A stretch of DNA of 64,000 bases from a bacterium (lineage in GTDB: Bacteria; Patescibacteriota; Patescibacteriia; UBA10025). Location: assembly GCA_021815445.1 (NCBI GenBank), contig JAKAGM010000001.1, positions 403,710 to 467,709 on the forward strand, given 5' to 3'. Shown here one piece after another: positions 46,638 to 55,913 of the stretch (positions are counted from its first letter, which is position 1; every line of letters starts with the position of its first letter). The notes beneath the pieces are model-generated. The model ran no database searches, was not told the DNA's origin, and saw only the letters and a program-made list of their open reading frames with translations. Position numbers and translations under genes: made by a program.

Positions 46638-47054
46638 TCATGCAATCCCCGAAGCTATCTTAATTTTGTCGTCCGCTCCCGTTGTGGTCAAACGGCCAAC
46701 TAATCCTTGAATAAGCTCAAGTGGAGAATGTTTATCACCGCTATTCTTTTTTATTATTTTGGCAAACTTTTTTAAGTCCGGATTTTGCTTGATGAATACG
46801 GTGCTAAAGTATTCTACTCTCAAATACTCAACTTCTCCCGTTTCTTTGTTAATGGAAACGCTAAAGTATGGATCAACTGGTAGAATAATTGAATTTCCAT
46901 TTGGTGGAGCCTGTAGGTTTGACCAGTAAAACTCATCTACTTCTTTATCATAACTAACACGCCACTGGTCAGCTCGCACCTCATCAACAATCCTATTAAG
47001 ATTCTCCCACACTTTCAACTGAAGAGCTTCAAGGCTTGTGACTTCGTTTTGCAT
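46638..47054 (-). CDS. DUF2283-like putative antitoxin
   Basis: VSYDKEVDEFYW...V.INKETGEV..L.VE; AT-rich; overlaps the upstream ORF. Confidence 0.5.
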   Translation of the reverse strand: MQNEVTSLEALQLKVWENLNRIVDEVRADQWRVSYDKEVDEFYWSNLQAPPNGNSIILPVDPYFSVSINKETGEVEYLRVEYFSTVFIKQNPDLKKFAKIIKKNSGDKHSPLELIQGLVGRLTTTGADDKIKIASGIA

Positions 47055-47437
47055 AATGGTTCAGTAATGTCTCTTATGTCAGGGGTATAGGTTAGTATTT
47101 TTATTTTTTTTTGGCCTTCGTAAAATTCAAACGGGATTTTTAAGTAAGTTCTATACGTTCCGAAATCTTGGTAAACTCCGTATATTACATATTTCGGTGG
47201 TTCTGTAATTTTACTTTTTAGGTGCTTTGACGGGCAGTAGCACTCACTATTTTTGAATATCGTTGGTATAAGTAAATTCAAAAACCTGTCTTTCATGTAT
47301 ACGTAATAGTAGGCTTTGCTTGGATTCTTTTGGTGCTTTTCAAAATTGTGTTTTGTGAACAGTAAACGATAATCCTTAAATTTCCCACTGTCAAGGATTA
47401 GGTCAAGAACATATTCCTCTTTAGGACTAGTAAACAC
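47015..47437 (-). CDS. putative RelE/BECR-fold toxin
   Basis: Basic AT-rich 140-aa ORF with FEKH...I..F.N...Y....I.TY pattern, upstream of the DUF2283-like gene. Confidence 0.4.
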   Translation of the reverse strand: MFTSPKEEYVLDLILDSGKFKDYRLLFTKHNFEKHQKNPSKAYYYVYMKDRFLNLLIPTIFKNSECYCPSKHLKSKITEPPKYVIYGVYQDFGTYRTYLKIPFEFYEGQKKIKILTYTPDIRDITEPLCKTKSQALKLFS

Positions 47438-47573
47438 TGCCTATATTCCGTTACGACTAGCAAAATCTTCATCAAAACAAGTATAACACATATTGTGCTT
47501 TAATGGGGTATCTTCAAATACAAATTTAAATTATGTCACTAAGGGAGATGTTCACTTATCCACAAGGCGGGTA

Positions 47574-47603
47574 TTGACACTTCGGTTTTTGTTCGGGTAT
47601 ACT
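47574..47603 (+). promoter_or_regulatory. lexA promoter with a TTCGG-N6-TTCGG direct repeat (putative LexA box) in the spacer
   Basis: TTGACA 47574-79, TTCGG 47581-85 and 47592-96, TATACT 47598-603. Confidence 0.8.
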
Positions 47604-47624
47604 AAGAACGTACAATACCTACAT

Positions 47625-48248
47625 ATGGCTCCAATACTACCGAAACAAAAGCAGAAAATCCTCGCCTTCCTCAAAAGCTATATTAAGGAGAATGGGTATG
47701 CCCCCACGCTCACTGAGATAGCCAAGGAATTTAATGTCTCTTCCCTTGCCACGGTACACGAGCACATTCAATTTCTCGAGGAAAGGGGTTTTATTAAGCG
47801 TGACTCCAGCGCAAAAAGAGGCATAACAATAGTTGATTTCGCGGATGAAGAGAGGTTTGCCGAGTCTATGTCCGTCTTGCTGCCCTTAGCCGGCACAATC
47901 ACCGCCGGCGAACCCATCGAAGCTATTGAAGACATCCAAGAAAGGATACCCATTCCACGGGAGCTGGTCGGCAACAAAAACGCCTTCATTCTCAAAGTAA
48001 AGGGCGACTCAATGATTGAAAGCATGATCTCAGACGGAGACTATGTCATCGTAGAAAAAACTGATTACGCGAAAGACGGCGATATGGTTGTAGCCCTCCT
48101 CGAAGACGGCTCAGCGACATTAAAGAAGATGTACAGGCAAAAGAACCTAATCCGCCTCCAGCCGGCCAATGCGCAATATAAGCCGCGGCTTGTCAGGAAT
48201 GTCGTAATCCAAGGAAAAGTGATGGGCATAATAAGAAAGTATGCTTAA
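47625..48248 (+). CDS. lexA: SOS repressor LexA
   Basis: GYAPT..EIA, AG cleavage site (TAGEP), GDSM (Ser), TLKK (Lys). Confidence 0.96.
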   Translation: MAPILPKQKQKILAFLKSYIKENGYAPTLTEIAKEFNVSSLATVHEHIQFLEERGFIKRDSSAKRGITIVDFADEERFAESMSVLLPLAGTITAGEPIEAIEDIQERIPIPRELVGNKNAFILKVKGDSMIESMISDGDYVIVEKTDYAKDGDMVVALLEDGSATLKKMYRQKNLIRLQPANAQYKPRLVRNVVIQGKVMGIIRKYA

Positions 48249-48269
48249 GATATTTTTTTACCCTGTACC

Positions 48270-48285
48270 TTCGGTTTTTATTCGG
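48270..48285 (+). promoter_or_regulatory. second TTCGG-N6-TTCGG box
   Basis: TTCGGtttttaTTCGG, 10 nt upstream of the DinB-like ATG. Confidence 0.75.
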
Positions 48286-48295
48286 TAACAAACAT

Positions 48296-49540
48296 ATGAG
48301 CTCAAAAAAACAATCCCCTATTCGCACCATCCTCTTTGTCAGTCTTGATAAATTCATCGCCTCCGTTGAGGAAGCGCTTCATCCGGAACTCAAGGGGAAG
48401 CCGGTCGTCATCAGTGATGAACGACACGGCACGGTAACGAGTACAAATCAGTTTGCCCATAGCATGGGCATACGTCCCAGGATGCAGCTCTTCGAAGCCC
48501 ACCGGCGGGCGCCGCTCGGACATTTCATCCCGAGCAGTATTCCGCGTATAGAACAATTTTCAAAAGAATTTTTTAAGATTCTCGCGAGATTTTCAAATAA
48601 CGTAGAACCCGTCGCGCTTGACCAGGCCTTTGTCGACCTCACGGGATATGAATACCTGTGGATTTCACCCGAGTACGCCGCACTGAAAATTAAGTACGCC
48701 CTCCAGACCGAACTGGAGATTACCGCAAGTATCGGTATCGCCTCCAATAAGCTCTGCGCGCAAATCGCAGGAAGCTTAAAAAAACCGAACGGGATGATGA
48801 CGATTCCGTGGGGCAGTGAAGAAAGTTTTCTTGCACCGATCTCAATAGAACATTTACCCGGGATAGGATCAAGGACTGCCGTTGCACTGCGCGCCATAGG
48901 GATCTCTACTATCGGGAGCCTCGCTAAGTTGTCTCCGGCTATTTGCACGGAGAGTTTCGGCAAAGTCGGTGCGACCCTCTGGAGCCTCGCGAAAGGGCTC
49001 GACACCCGTGCGGTATATGCGGCTCAGCGCGTGCATTCAATCTCACGAAGTGTACGCTTGCCGGGGTTGCATTCACTTGCTGACTTTACTACCGTAATTT
49101 CAGAACTTAGTTCGTCTCTAGGTAAACAACTCAAACAATGCGCGCTTCAATCACGTACGGTCGCGGTGAGACTGCGCACTGCAGAAGGCGAAGTCATCCA
49201 GCACCAAAAAACATTTCAAACTCCGCTAGATGAAAAAAGTGACATCGAAAATGCGGCCGTTCGGATTCTCAACGAAATGAGTCTGTATCACCAGAGATAT
49301 ATGACTCTTAGCTTACTTGCGCTAAACATCCAGAGCGTCGGCAAATTCCAAACGAGTGCGTTCGGTCCGTCATTTGGAAAACTAAAAGCAATTAAGCGCT
49401 CAGTTGAGCGCCTGCAAGACCGATACGGTGTTCCCGGTTTTGTGCAGAGTGAACGTGTGTCGACTCCTGATACCCATAGCCGGGATGCTTATTACCCAAG
49501 TGATTTCCGTGGCTTTGTTATGGAAGGTTCTCTGCCGTAA
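48296..49540 (+). CDS. Y-family polymerase-like protein with degenerate catalytic motifs (DinB/ImuB-like)
   Basis: P.LKGKPVV, SIGIASNKL.A.IA..KKPNG, LPGIG; catalytic D and E substituted. Confidence 0.88.
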   Translation: MSSKKQSPIRTILFVSLDKFIASVEEALHPELKGKPVVISDERHGTVTSTNQFAHSMGIRPRMQLFEAHRRAPLGHFIPSSIPRIEQFSKEFFKILARFSNNVEPVALDQAFVDLTGYEYLWISPEYAALKIKYALQTELEITASIGIASNKLCAQIAGSLKKPNGMMTIPWGSEESFLAPISIEHLPGIGSRTAVALRAIGISTIGSLAKLSPAICTESFGKVGATLWSLAKGLDTRAVYAAQRVHSISRSVRLPGLHSLADFTTVISELSSSLGKQLKQCALQSRTVAVRLRTAEGEVIQHQKTFQTPLDEKSDIENAAVRILNEMSLYHQRYMTLSLLALNIQSVGKFQTSAFGPSFGKLKAIKRSVERLQDRYGVPGFVQSERVSTPDTHSRDAYYPSDFRGFVMEGSLP

Positions 49541-49917
49541 ACCGGCAGAGCCAAAGAGTTATTGAATTTTTGTGTCTTGGATGCGACTTTCTGAAAAGTC
49601 TTCAGCAGATTATCGGAGGTACCCTCCGAAGAAGAAACGCCCACGACAGGCAGTCTATAAGCAAAACCCATAGTATTGGCGATAATGATTCCGGAACGTA
49701 AAGATGAAAAAGCCCCCGGGCCTTGTTCAACAAAAACAGCGCCAAGCGAAGCCGGACGGATCTTGTGCGTTGCGAGTAGCTTACGAACAGCATTGAGCAT
49801 TCCCCCTGCGCGCAGTTTGGTATCCATCGCCGTTTTTAATCCGAACCGTCTGCCCGTACTGCCAAGGAGGGCTGCGATAAACCGCGATTGGTCCCTGGTA
49901 TCAAGGTAAAGATACAT
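49492..49917 (-). CDS. tsaB: tRNA t6A modification protein TsaB (short form)
   Basis: L.LDT, GPGAFSSLRSG...AN, P.YGREP.IT. Confidence 0.85.
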   Translation of the reverse strand: MYLYLDTRDQSRFIAALLGSTGRRFGLKTAMDTKLRAGGMLNAVRKLLATHKIRPASLGAVFVEQGPGAFSSLRSGIIIANTMGFAYRLPVVGVSSSEGTSDNLLKTFQKVASKTQKFNNSLALPVYGREPSITKPRKSLG

Positions 49918-49920
49918 CGG

Positions 49921-50484
49921 CTATTTTTTATTCAGCTTGTCGATGACGGTGACTTTTTTATTTTCAAGAATATCGAATACAAAACGGTCAGTCAGACTGT
50001 TTCGATATTCATATTCTTTCTTGCTCATTACCGTATACCGTATAGAGTGATCGAAGTTTTTTTTGAACTGGTTCATGAGCCGTTTCAGTTTGGCTCGGTT
50101 TACTTTGCCTACTATAAGCAAGTCAGTGCGTACGTCAGCAACGCCGGTAAAAATCCCCGTGAGCACCAAGAGGGATATCTGCCCGATTGAACGAAGATTT
50201 CTTGCAAGGTCTTTTTCGAGCGTGAGCTGGGATTTGATAATCAGGCTTTTGAGCTCAGGGTAGAGGATGTGATGTTCATTGATCCGGTAATATTTTTTTT
50301 GGTCCTTGACCTCGCCCACAACAAGTTCAATACCCGCAAGATGGTCGAGCTCACGGCGGACGGAGTTGATGCGCTCGCCGATTTTGCGCGTTAATTCCCT
50401 CACAAAATAACTTTTTCCTGGGTTGGTGAGAAAAACGCGTAAAAGTTTGACGCGCGTCCGTGAACCAAAAAGTTGTTCAAGCAT
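49921..50484 (-). CDS. winged-HTH + nucleotidyltransferase-like regulator
   Basis: LFGSRTRVKLL..F, YFVREL.R, VRREL..L, TDLLIVG. Confidence 0.8.
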   Translation of the reverse strand: MLEQLFGSRTRVKLLRVFLTNPGKSYFVRELTRKIGERINSVRRELDHLAGIELVVGEVKDQKKYYRINEHHILYPELKSLIIKSQLTLEKDLARNLRSIGQISLLVLTGIFTGVADVRTDLLIVGKVNRAKLKRLMNQFKKNFDHSIRYTVMSKKEYEYRNSLTDRFVFDILENKKVTVIDKLNKK

Positions 50485-50537
50485 ATATATCCTTCCTTGT
50501 CTAAGAGATAAATTTAGTATACTATGATACTGTTCAT

Positions 50538-52829
50538 ATGAGCAAGACAGCTCACTTCACCCATGTTGAGACCACCATGCCAGCAAACATGAATATTGAA
50601 AAGATGCTTGTCTATGAGGCCGGCCGAAGCAGATCGACCGCGCATGTTTTTATTTCACACCCGACGCCCGTCGAAGAACAAATGCTCGGGAGCTTGCTCC
50701 TGCTGATTGAGCTCCAATCGATTGATCCCGTCAATCAGGATATCATCCATGAGATTCAGAAAGAACTCCAGACCGCCTACTACTCCTCAGAAGAACTGAA
50801 CGCCGAGGTGGCTTTTGAGAGTGCTCTCTCAAAAGTAAACCAAAAAATTGCTGACCTGGTCTCCGATTATGCAAACAACTGGTACGAGAGGCTTAACGTC
50901 GTCGCGGCCGTAGTCCATGGCGAACATTTGTATTTTGCCGAATACGGCAGGATGCATATCTTTATAATCCGCAACGACCTTATTTCAGACATTCTCCAAT
51001 CGACCCCGAGGCTTGATGAATCCCGTGGCGCGCTCAAAATATTTTCTAACGTTATTACGGGTAAAATCCGCGCCGGGGAACATATGCTCATTACCACCGC
51101 CTCGCTGATGGATTATTTCTCCCCTGAGAAGCTGCGCCGCACCGTCGTGGAACACCAGCCCCACCAAGCGCTCGCTACCCTCGAGAGCATACTTTCAGAC
51201 AACGTCAATCAGACTGCTTTTGCGGCGCTGCTGATCAGCTCACAAGAAATAAGAAATGTCGCACCGGTATTCGCAGAAGCGCCCATGGTGCCCTCCCATC
51301 CGCAGTACTCCGCGCCGCAAACTTCGATGGACCGGCTGATCCAGCACGAACACACGACTCAGGAATATCTATCCCCCTCCATCACGGCGAATATTAAAAA
51401 GTCGACTTCGGAGTTACTCGTATCACTGTCAAAATGGTTCAACACAAAGGTACTCCATAGGTCGCCTCGCCGCTACCAGCTCCAGCAGGATCTCAAGGAC
51501 TATGGCCATACCTACAAGCCGCATAAAGAATTCTCCGAACAAACGATGAGCTCCGCGGTCTCCCGCGGTTTCGCGAGTGTGCTCAAATGGGTAAGTTACC
51601 TATTCGCAGCCGTGGCGCGTGTACGGATAAAAAAGAGCGCGAAACCAACCCCACTCGCAACAGCGCCGAGAAGGCTGAGTCGTCTCCCTTCCAGCATTAT
51701 TGTTTCACTCAAAAGACTCCCCCGGCGCACAAAGATTTTGCTTGCAGTCGCGCTAATTATTGTATTCATTTTTTCTCAGAGCATTGTCAATCTGGGCATT
51801 AAAAAGTCATCCCATACTGCAGAAGCTGATTACTCTTCAACTGTGCAAGCGATAGAGAAATTACTTGTAGAGGCTGATGCCGCCTTCTCCTACTCAAATG
51901 ACAGCGCGGCACGAACAGACATCCAGCAGGCAAAAAGTCTTCTCGATGCGCTTCCGCACAAGACGGACGCGCAAAAAACCAAGGTGAGCGAACTTACTGT
52001 GAGACTCGCCGCGTTGCAGGAACGGGGCAGGCATCTCACCCGCATTCAAAATCCCACTGTTGTTGCAGACTTGACGACAGTGAGCCAAAACTCAGAAGTG
52101 GCAGGAATGGTACTCATCGGCAAGGAATTGTTTGCCTTTTCTCCCGCTCAAAACAAAATCTACCACGTCCCGCTCTCTACGGGTACCCCCGAACTCTACG
52201 CCAAGGAAGAAACCAACGCAAGTTTCCAGTATGTAACCCCGTCATCGGGCAACACCTTGCTATTCCTTAATTCCTTGAATGGCCTCAATGAGTTCACCAT
52301 CGCTTCGAAGGCTTTGAAAGATGTTGCCTTTACGCTTCAAAAACCGAGCGCGAATATCATTGATATTCAACACTACCAAGGGAGGATGTACCTTCTTGAT
52401 ATAGCAAACCAGCAAATCTGGCGCGCAATCCGGTCGGGAACATCGTACGGCACCGTGACCGGCTGGCTGAAGGACAGCACCGGCGTGCAAGACGCCAAGT
52501 CCTTCGCGATAGACGGGTCAATCTATCTCCTCCCATCATCAGGAAGCGTGCGTAAATTTACCAGGGGCTCAGAGGAGCAATTTGCGCTTGAACAGATAGA
52601 CCCCGCCTTAACGAGCGCGACAAAAATCTTTACGAACGAAAACGCGAAGAATCTCTATATACTTGACGCTTCCACGCAGAGACTTATTGTTTTCACGAAA
52701 GACGGCAAGTTTGTCAGTCAATTCACCTCTGACCAATTTACCAACCTGAAGGACGTCGCCATTGATCAGGGGGAAACCACCGCCTATCTGCTCGGCGGCC
52801 AAAAGATATTTTCCCTGCCTTTGAAATAG
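50538..52829 (+). CDS. PP2C-like N-terminal domain, TM helix, extracellular beta-propeller
   Basis: 763-aa ORF; FSNVITGKI..G..ML; C-terminal repeats YLLD..NQQIW, AIDGSIYLL, LYILD. Confidence 0.7.
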   Translation: MSKTAHFTHVETTMPANMNIEKMLVYEAGRSRSTAHVFISHPTPVEEQMLGSLLLLIELQSIDPVNQDIIHEIQKELQTAYYSSEELNAEVAFESALSKVNQKIADLVSDYANNWYERLNVVAAVVHGEHLYFAEYGRMHIFIIRNDLISDILQSTPRLDESRGALKIFSNVITGKIRAGEHMLITTASLMDYFSPEKLRRTVVEHQPHQALATLESILSDNVNQTAFAALLISSQEIRNVAPVFAEAPMVPSHPQYSAPQTSMDRLIQHEHTTQEYLSPSITANIKKSTSELLVSLSKWFNTKVLHRSPRRYQLQQDLKDYGHTYKPHKEFSEQTMSSAVSRGFASVLKWVSYLFAAVARVRIKKSAKPTPLATAPRRLSRLPSSIIVSLKRLPRRTKILLAVALIIVFIFSQSIVNLGIKKSSHTAEADYSSTVQAIEKLLVEADAAFSYSNDSAARTDIQQAKSLLDALPHKTDAQKTKVSELTVRLAALQERGRHLTRIQNPTVVADLTTVSQNSEVAGMVLIGKELFAFSPAQNKIYHVPLSTGTPELYAKEETNASFQYVTPSSGNTLLFLNSLNGLNEFTIASKALKDVAFTLQKPSANIIDIQHYQGRMYLLDIANQQIWRAIRSGTSYGTVTGWLKDSTGVQDAKSFAIDGSIYLLPSSGSVRKFTRGSEEQFALEQIDPALTSATKIFTNENAKNLYILDASTQRLIVFTKDGKFVSQFTSDQFTNLKDVAIDQGETTAYLLGGQKIFSLPLK

Positions 52830-52874
52830 TAATGAATAGCTACCGAGAAAGACCGACAGTTTTCCAAGCAATTA

Positions 52875-52906
52875 AAAAACTTCCCCGATCCACAGGGAAG
52901 TTTTTT
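52875..52906. terminator. bidirectional intrinsic terminator
   Basis: aaaaacttccc...gggaagtttttt between convergent genes. Confidence 0.8.
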
Positions 52907-52919
52907 GAATGTCTCGTAT

Positions 52920-53342
52920 TTATTTCAGAGCAACTTGAGCGCCGGCAGCCTCGAGTTTCTTCTTAAGGTCCTCCGCTTCCTCTTTGGTGGCGCCTTCCTT
53001 AATAACCTTTGGCGCTCCATCAACGAGGTCTTTTGATTCTTTGAGGCCCTTTTGAGTTACTTCACGGACTACCTTGATGACCGCAATCTTGTTCGCGCCT
53101 GCGGCGGTCAGCTCAACATTGAAGCTTGTCTTCTCCTCAGCCGCAGCGCCTGCTCCCGCCGCGCCGGCCATCGCTCCTGCCATCATCATCGGCGCCTGGG
53201 CTGATACGCCGAATTTGCCTTCGAGCACTTTGACGAGCTCGGACAATTCAAGGGCGGTGAGTTTTTCTATCTGCTCAATAAGAGCTTTAAACTTCTCCGG
53301 AACCTCGACTGCCTTTTGCTCTTGTTTTTGTTCGTCTGCCAT
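52920..53342 (-). CDS. rplL: 50S ribosomal protein L7/L12
   Basis: [40 protein letters not shown]. Confidence 0.98.
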   Translation of the reverse strand: MADEQKQEQKAVEVPEKFKALIEQIEKLTALELSELVKVLEGKFGVSAQAPMMMAGAMAGAAGAGAAAEEKTSFNVELTAAGANKIAVIKVVREVTQKGLKESKDLVDGAPKVIKEGATKEEAEDLKKKLEAAGAQVALK

Positions 53343-53388
53343 AGTGGTTGCGATAATAACTAATAATTAATAAAGTGGAAAATATACG

Positions 53389-53916
53389 TTAGACGGGCTT
53401 TTTTTCCTGAATCGCTTTGAGGGCATAGACCAGCCCGCGCAGGTTTCCCTGCAATACACCGACAAATCCCCGGAGGGGCGAACTGACAACCGACACGAAC
53501 ATGGCCATGAGTTCTTTTTTGCCCGGAAGCTTCGCGAATGCAAGCGCTTGTTCGGCATTCATGAATGCTCCGCTGACGATGCCCCCGAGGAACCTGACTG
53601 ATTCATGCGTCTTGGCAAATTCATTGAGTACTTTCGCCGGCGTCAATTCGTCAGTCATGCCGAACGCAGCTGACACCGTACCGGCAAACGTGCCGACTTC
53701 GTCGGCAGATAAACCTGCTGATTTCAGCGCCTTCTGTACAAGGGTCTTTTTTACAACGACGAATCCCACGCCTGCTTCTCTGAGCGTTCTGCGAAGTCCC
53801 ATGGTATCAACGGCATTTAATCCGTCCTGCCGGACAAATATAACGCTTTTCATGTCCTTGAAGTTTGCTTCTAGACTTTTGAGCGATTCTGCCTTTTGTG
53901 ATCGTGTTTTTGGCAT
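53389..53916 (-). CDS. rplJ: 50S ribosomal protein L10
   Basis: LRR.LR, VVKKTL, AK.L..FAK, AKLP.K.EL; directly upstream of rplL. Confidence 0.95.
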   Translation of the reverse strand: MPKTRSQKAESLKSLEANFKDMKSVIFVRQDGLNAVDTMGLRRTLREAGVGFVVVKKTLVQKALKSAGLSADEVGTFAGTVSAAFGMTDELTPAKVLNEFAKTHESVRFLGGIVSGAFMNAEQALAFAKLPGKKELMAMFVSVVSSPLRGFVGVLQGNLRGLVYALKAIQEKKPV

Positions 53917-53924
53917 AAAAAAAA

Positions 53925-54050
53925 TCCACGGAATAGTCCGCAGTTTCAAAGAAGTATGCCCGAATTCCGGGCTTTCATTCCTGCGTAGGCTCCCATCAAA
54001 GGATAGGATTTATACTCTTTATGTAGAGTACCTACGGTCTGCGGAAATGT
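53925..54050 (-). ncRNA. ribosomal protein L10 leader (cis-regulatory RNA)
   Basis: Minus strand reads cAGACCGTAGG...TAAA...CCTACGCAGG, the L10-leader kink-turn signature, upstream of rplJ. Confidence 0.8.
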
Positions 54051-54144
54051 TTAGTACCACCAGTATATACTATTAAAAAAACATGTCAAGTCTGCCCCGA
54101 AAGGAAGGTGTACCTCCCCGGCACCTACAAACGTCTTCTGTGAT

Positions 54145-54402
54145 TTATTCCTTGTCGGAAAAATGCTCCGGGCGCAACGGTTCGACAGCGGGGCCGTTGA
54201 TTACATGGCCGTCGACAGCATACCGGGCACCGTGGCATGGACAGTCCCAGGTTTTGTCCTTGTCATTCCATCCTACGTCGCACTGTTTATGCGTGCACAC
54301 GCTGGATAGCGTGTGTATCACGCCCTTTCCGTCGCGATAGACAGCCAGATGCTTCTCTTTGACTACTTTGCCCTCGTTGTTTTTCAAATCATCATCATTC
54401 AT
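54145..54402 (-). CDS. small Rieske [2Fe-2S] domain protein
   Basis: CTHKQC...WDCPCHG.RY...G.V..GPA. Confidence 0.9.
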   Translation of the reverse strand: MNDDDLKNNEGKVVKEKHLAVYRDGKGVIHTLSSVCTHKQCDVGWNDKDKTWDCPCHGARYAVDGHVINGPAVEPLRPEHFSDKE

Positions 54403-54422
54403 AGTATCATGGTAGCACACAT

Positions 54423-55175
54423 ATGAATGCCTCGAAACATCAACTGGGCTGCCTCATCATCCATGGGTTTACGTCGCACAGTTCATCACTTGAAGCCGTT
54501 ATTCCTGGATTGGACAAACGTCGCATCCCCTGGCACTACCCCATCCTCGCAGGACACGGGACGGGTCCTAAGGATCTCGAACGCGCAACATGGGAAATGT
54601 GGCAGAAGGATGCAGAAGATGGTCTGAACTACCTGCTGGGGACATCCGACAGAGCCGTCATTGTTGCACTTTCGATGGGGACTCTTCTGGCGCTGGAACT
54701 TGCCGAGAAATATCCCGACCGCGTCGCCGGGCTTGTGCTGCTGTCCCCTTGTTTGCGTTTTTATTTGAAACTTGTGAAATTTACGCCTATCCTTACCAGG
54801 GTGTTAAAACGTTTTCCAAACCCGAGCGCAGCTAAGTTCAGTTCTTTGGAATATGCAAAGCGCGACAAAGGGTATCTCTGGTTTCCGACACTCGCTTTCA
54901 GACATTACTGGATTCGAACTCAACATTTTGATTCAGTGTTAGAAAACGTTCACCAGCCGGTGCGCATCATTCATTCAAAAAACGACAAGGTAGCCGACCC
55001 GTCTGGCGCGCAGCACATTTATCATCATCTTCCGTCAAAGCACAAGGAGCTCATCTGGCTCGAGAAATCAGGACATGAGGTACTATTGGATAGTGAAGCA
55101 GACACTGTATTGCGGTATATTTTTGAGTTTGAAATATTTGCCGAGTCAGCGCAACCGCAGAGAGTCGCGCTGTAG
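54423..55175 (+). CDS. alpha/beta hydrolase (carboxylesterase-like)
   Basis: IHGFT, GHG, ALSMG nucleophile elbow, D.VAD, SGH. Confidence 0.9.
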   Translation: MNASKHQLGCLIIHGFTSHSSSLEAVIPGLDKRRIPWHYPILAGHGTGPKDLERATWEMWQKDAEDGLNYLLGTSDRAVIVALSMGTLLALELAEKYPDRVAGLVLLSPCLRFYLKLVKFTPILTRVLKRFPNPSAAKFSSLEYAKRDKGYLWFPTLAFRHYWIRTQHFDSVLENVHQPVRIIHSKNDKVADPSGAQHIYHHLPSKHKELIWLEKSGHEVLLDSEADTVLRYIFEFEIFAESAQPQRVAL

Positions 55176-55223
55176 GTTTTAATTAGTGAGCGCAGCTCTC
55201 CGCGGCTGCGCGAACTTGATCAC

Positions 55224-55913
55224 TTACTCAATCAGCGTCCCCTGGAACTTTGCCCCGCTGAGAATCTTCCGTACATTCACGAGATCCGTTCCGAGGCAGA
55301 CGACGACCTTCACGCCCAGCTGCTTGGCCAGTTTTGACGCCTCCGGATCAAAGGGTATGTGCCTTCCGGGGACATGTTTTGAACCTGCCAGCTTGAGAAA
55401 GTCATTCCAGCTTATCCGTGCGATCGGCTTTGCGTCTTTGTCCTTACGCGGGTCAGCTGTGTAGACGTAGCGGATGTTACTGAGATTAATCACCAGGTCG
55501 GCTCCATACGCCTGGGCAAGCATGATGGCATCCTTGTCGGACGAGGAGCCCGGTTTCCACCCGGCACCGACGAGAATCTTTTTGTCTGTCACGACTCTCT
55601 TGGTAGGATTATGCAGTACTTCGTAATATGCGAGTTTGCCGAAAAGCGTCCGGACCAGTTCGGCGTTCATTTTCGTCGATGCGATACCGATCCAGTCGAG
55701 ATCATCGGCAGACATGGCCGGAACAATTTGTTTCGCGGCTTTTTGATATTCCCGGCATACGCTGCCGCCTCCCGCGACAAGGATAAAACGAAACCCTTTT
55801 TTCGCGAATTCAGTAATAACAGTGCGAAACTTTTTCAGGAAAGCCGTATCAACCTTAGCCGGGATGATAATTGATCCTCCGAGGGATATAATGATTGTTC
55901 GTCGAATGCTCAT
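55224..55913 (-). CDS. pyrH: UMP kinase (archaeal-type)
   Basis: ISLGGS, GGG...R.YQ, DWIGI, GWKPG.SSD, VYTADP, PFDP.A. Confidence 0.92.
   Translation of the reverse strand: MSIRRTIIISLGGSIIIPAKVDTAFLKKFRTVITEFAKKGFRFILVAGGGSVCREYQKAAKQIVPAMSADDLDWIGIASTKMNAELVRTLFGKLAYYEVLHNPTKRVVTDKKILVGAGWKPGSSSDKDAIMLAQAYGADLVINLSNIRYVYTADPRKDKDAKPIARISWNDFLKLAGSKHVPGRHIPFDPEASKLAKQLGVKVVVCLGTDLVNVRKILSGAKFQGTLIE

Noticed and set aside
47556-47564. Perfect DnaA box TTATCCACA (plus near-matches around 45384-45483)
   Set aside because: Isolated, with no dnaA/dnaN or box cluster, so not called oriC. The repeats near mraZ are better explained as MraZ sites.
49492-49917. Short tsaB as a pseudogene
   Set aside because: Intact reading frame with start and C-terminal P.Y...P.IT motif; single-domain TsaB is the expected form in this lineage.
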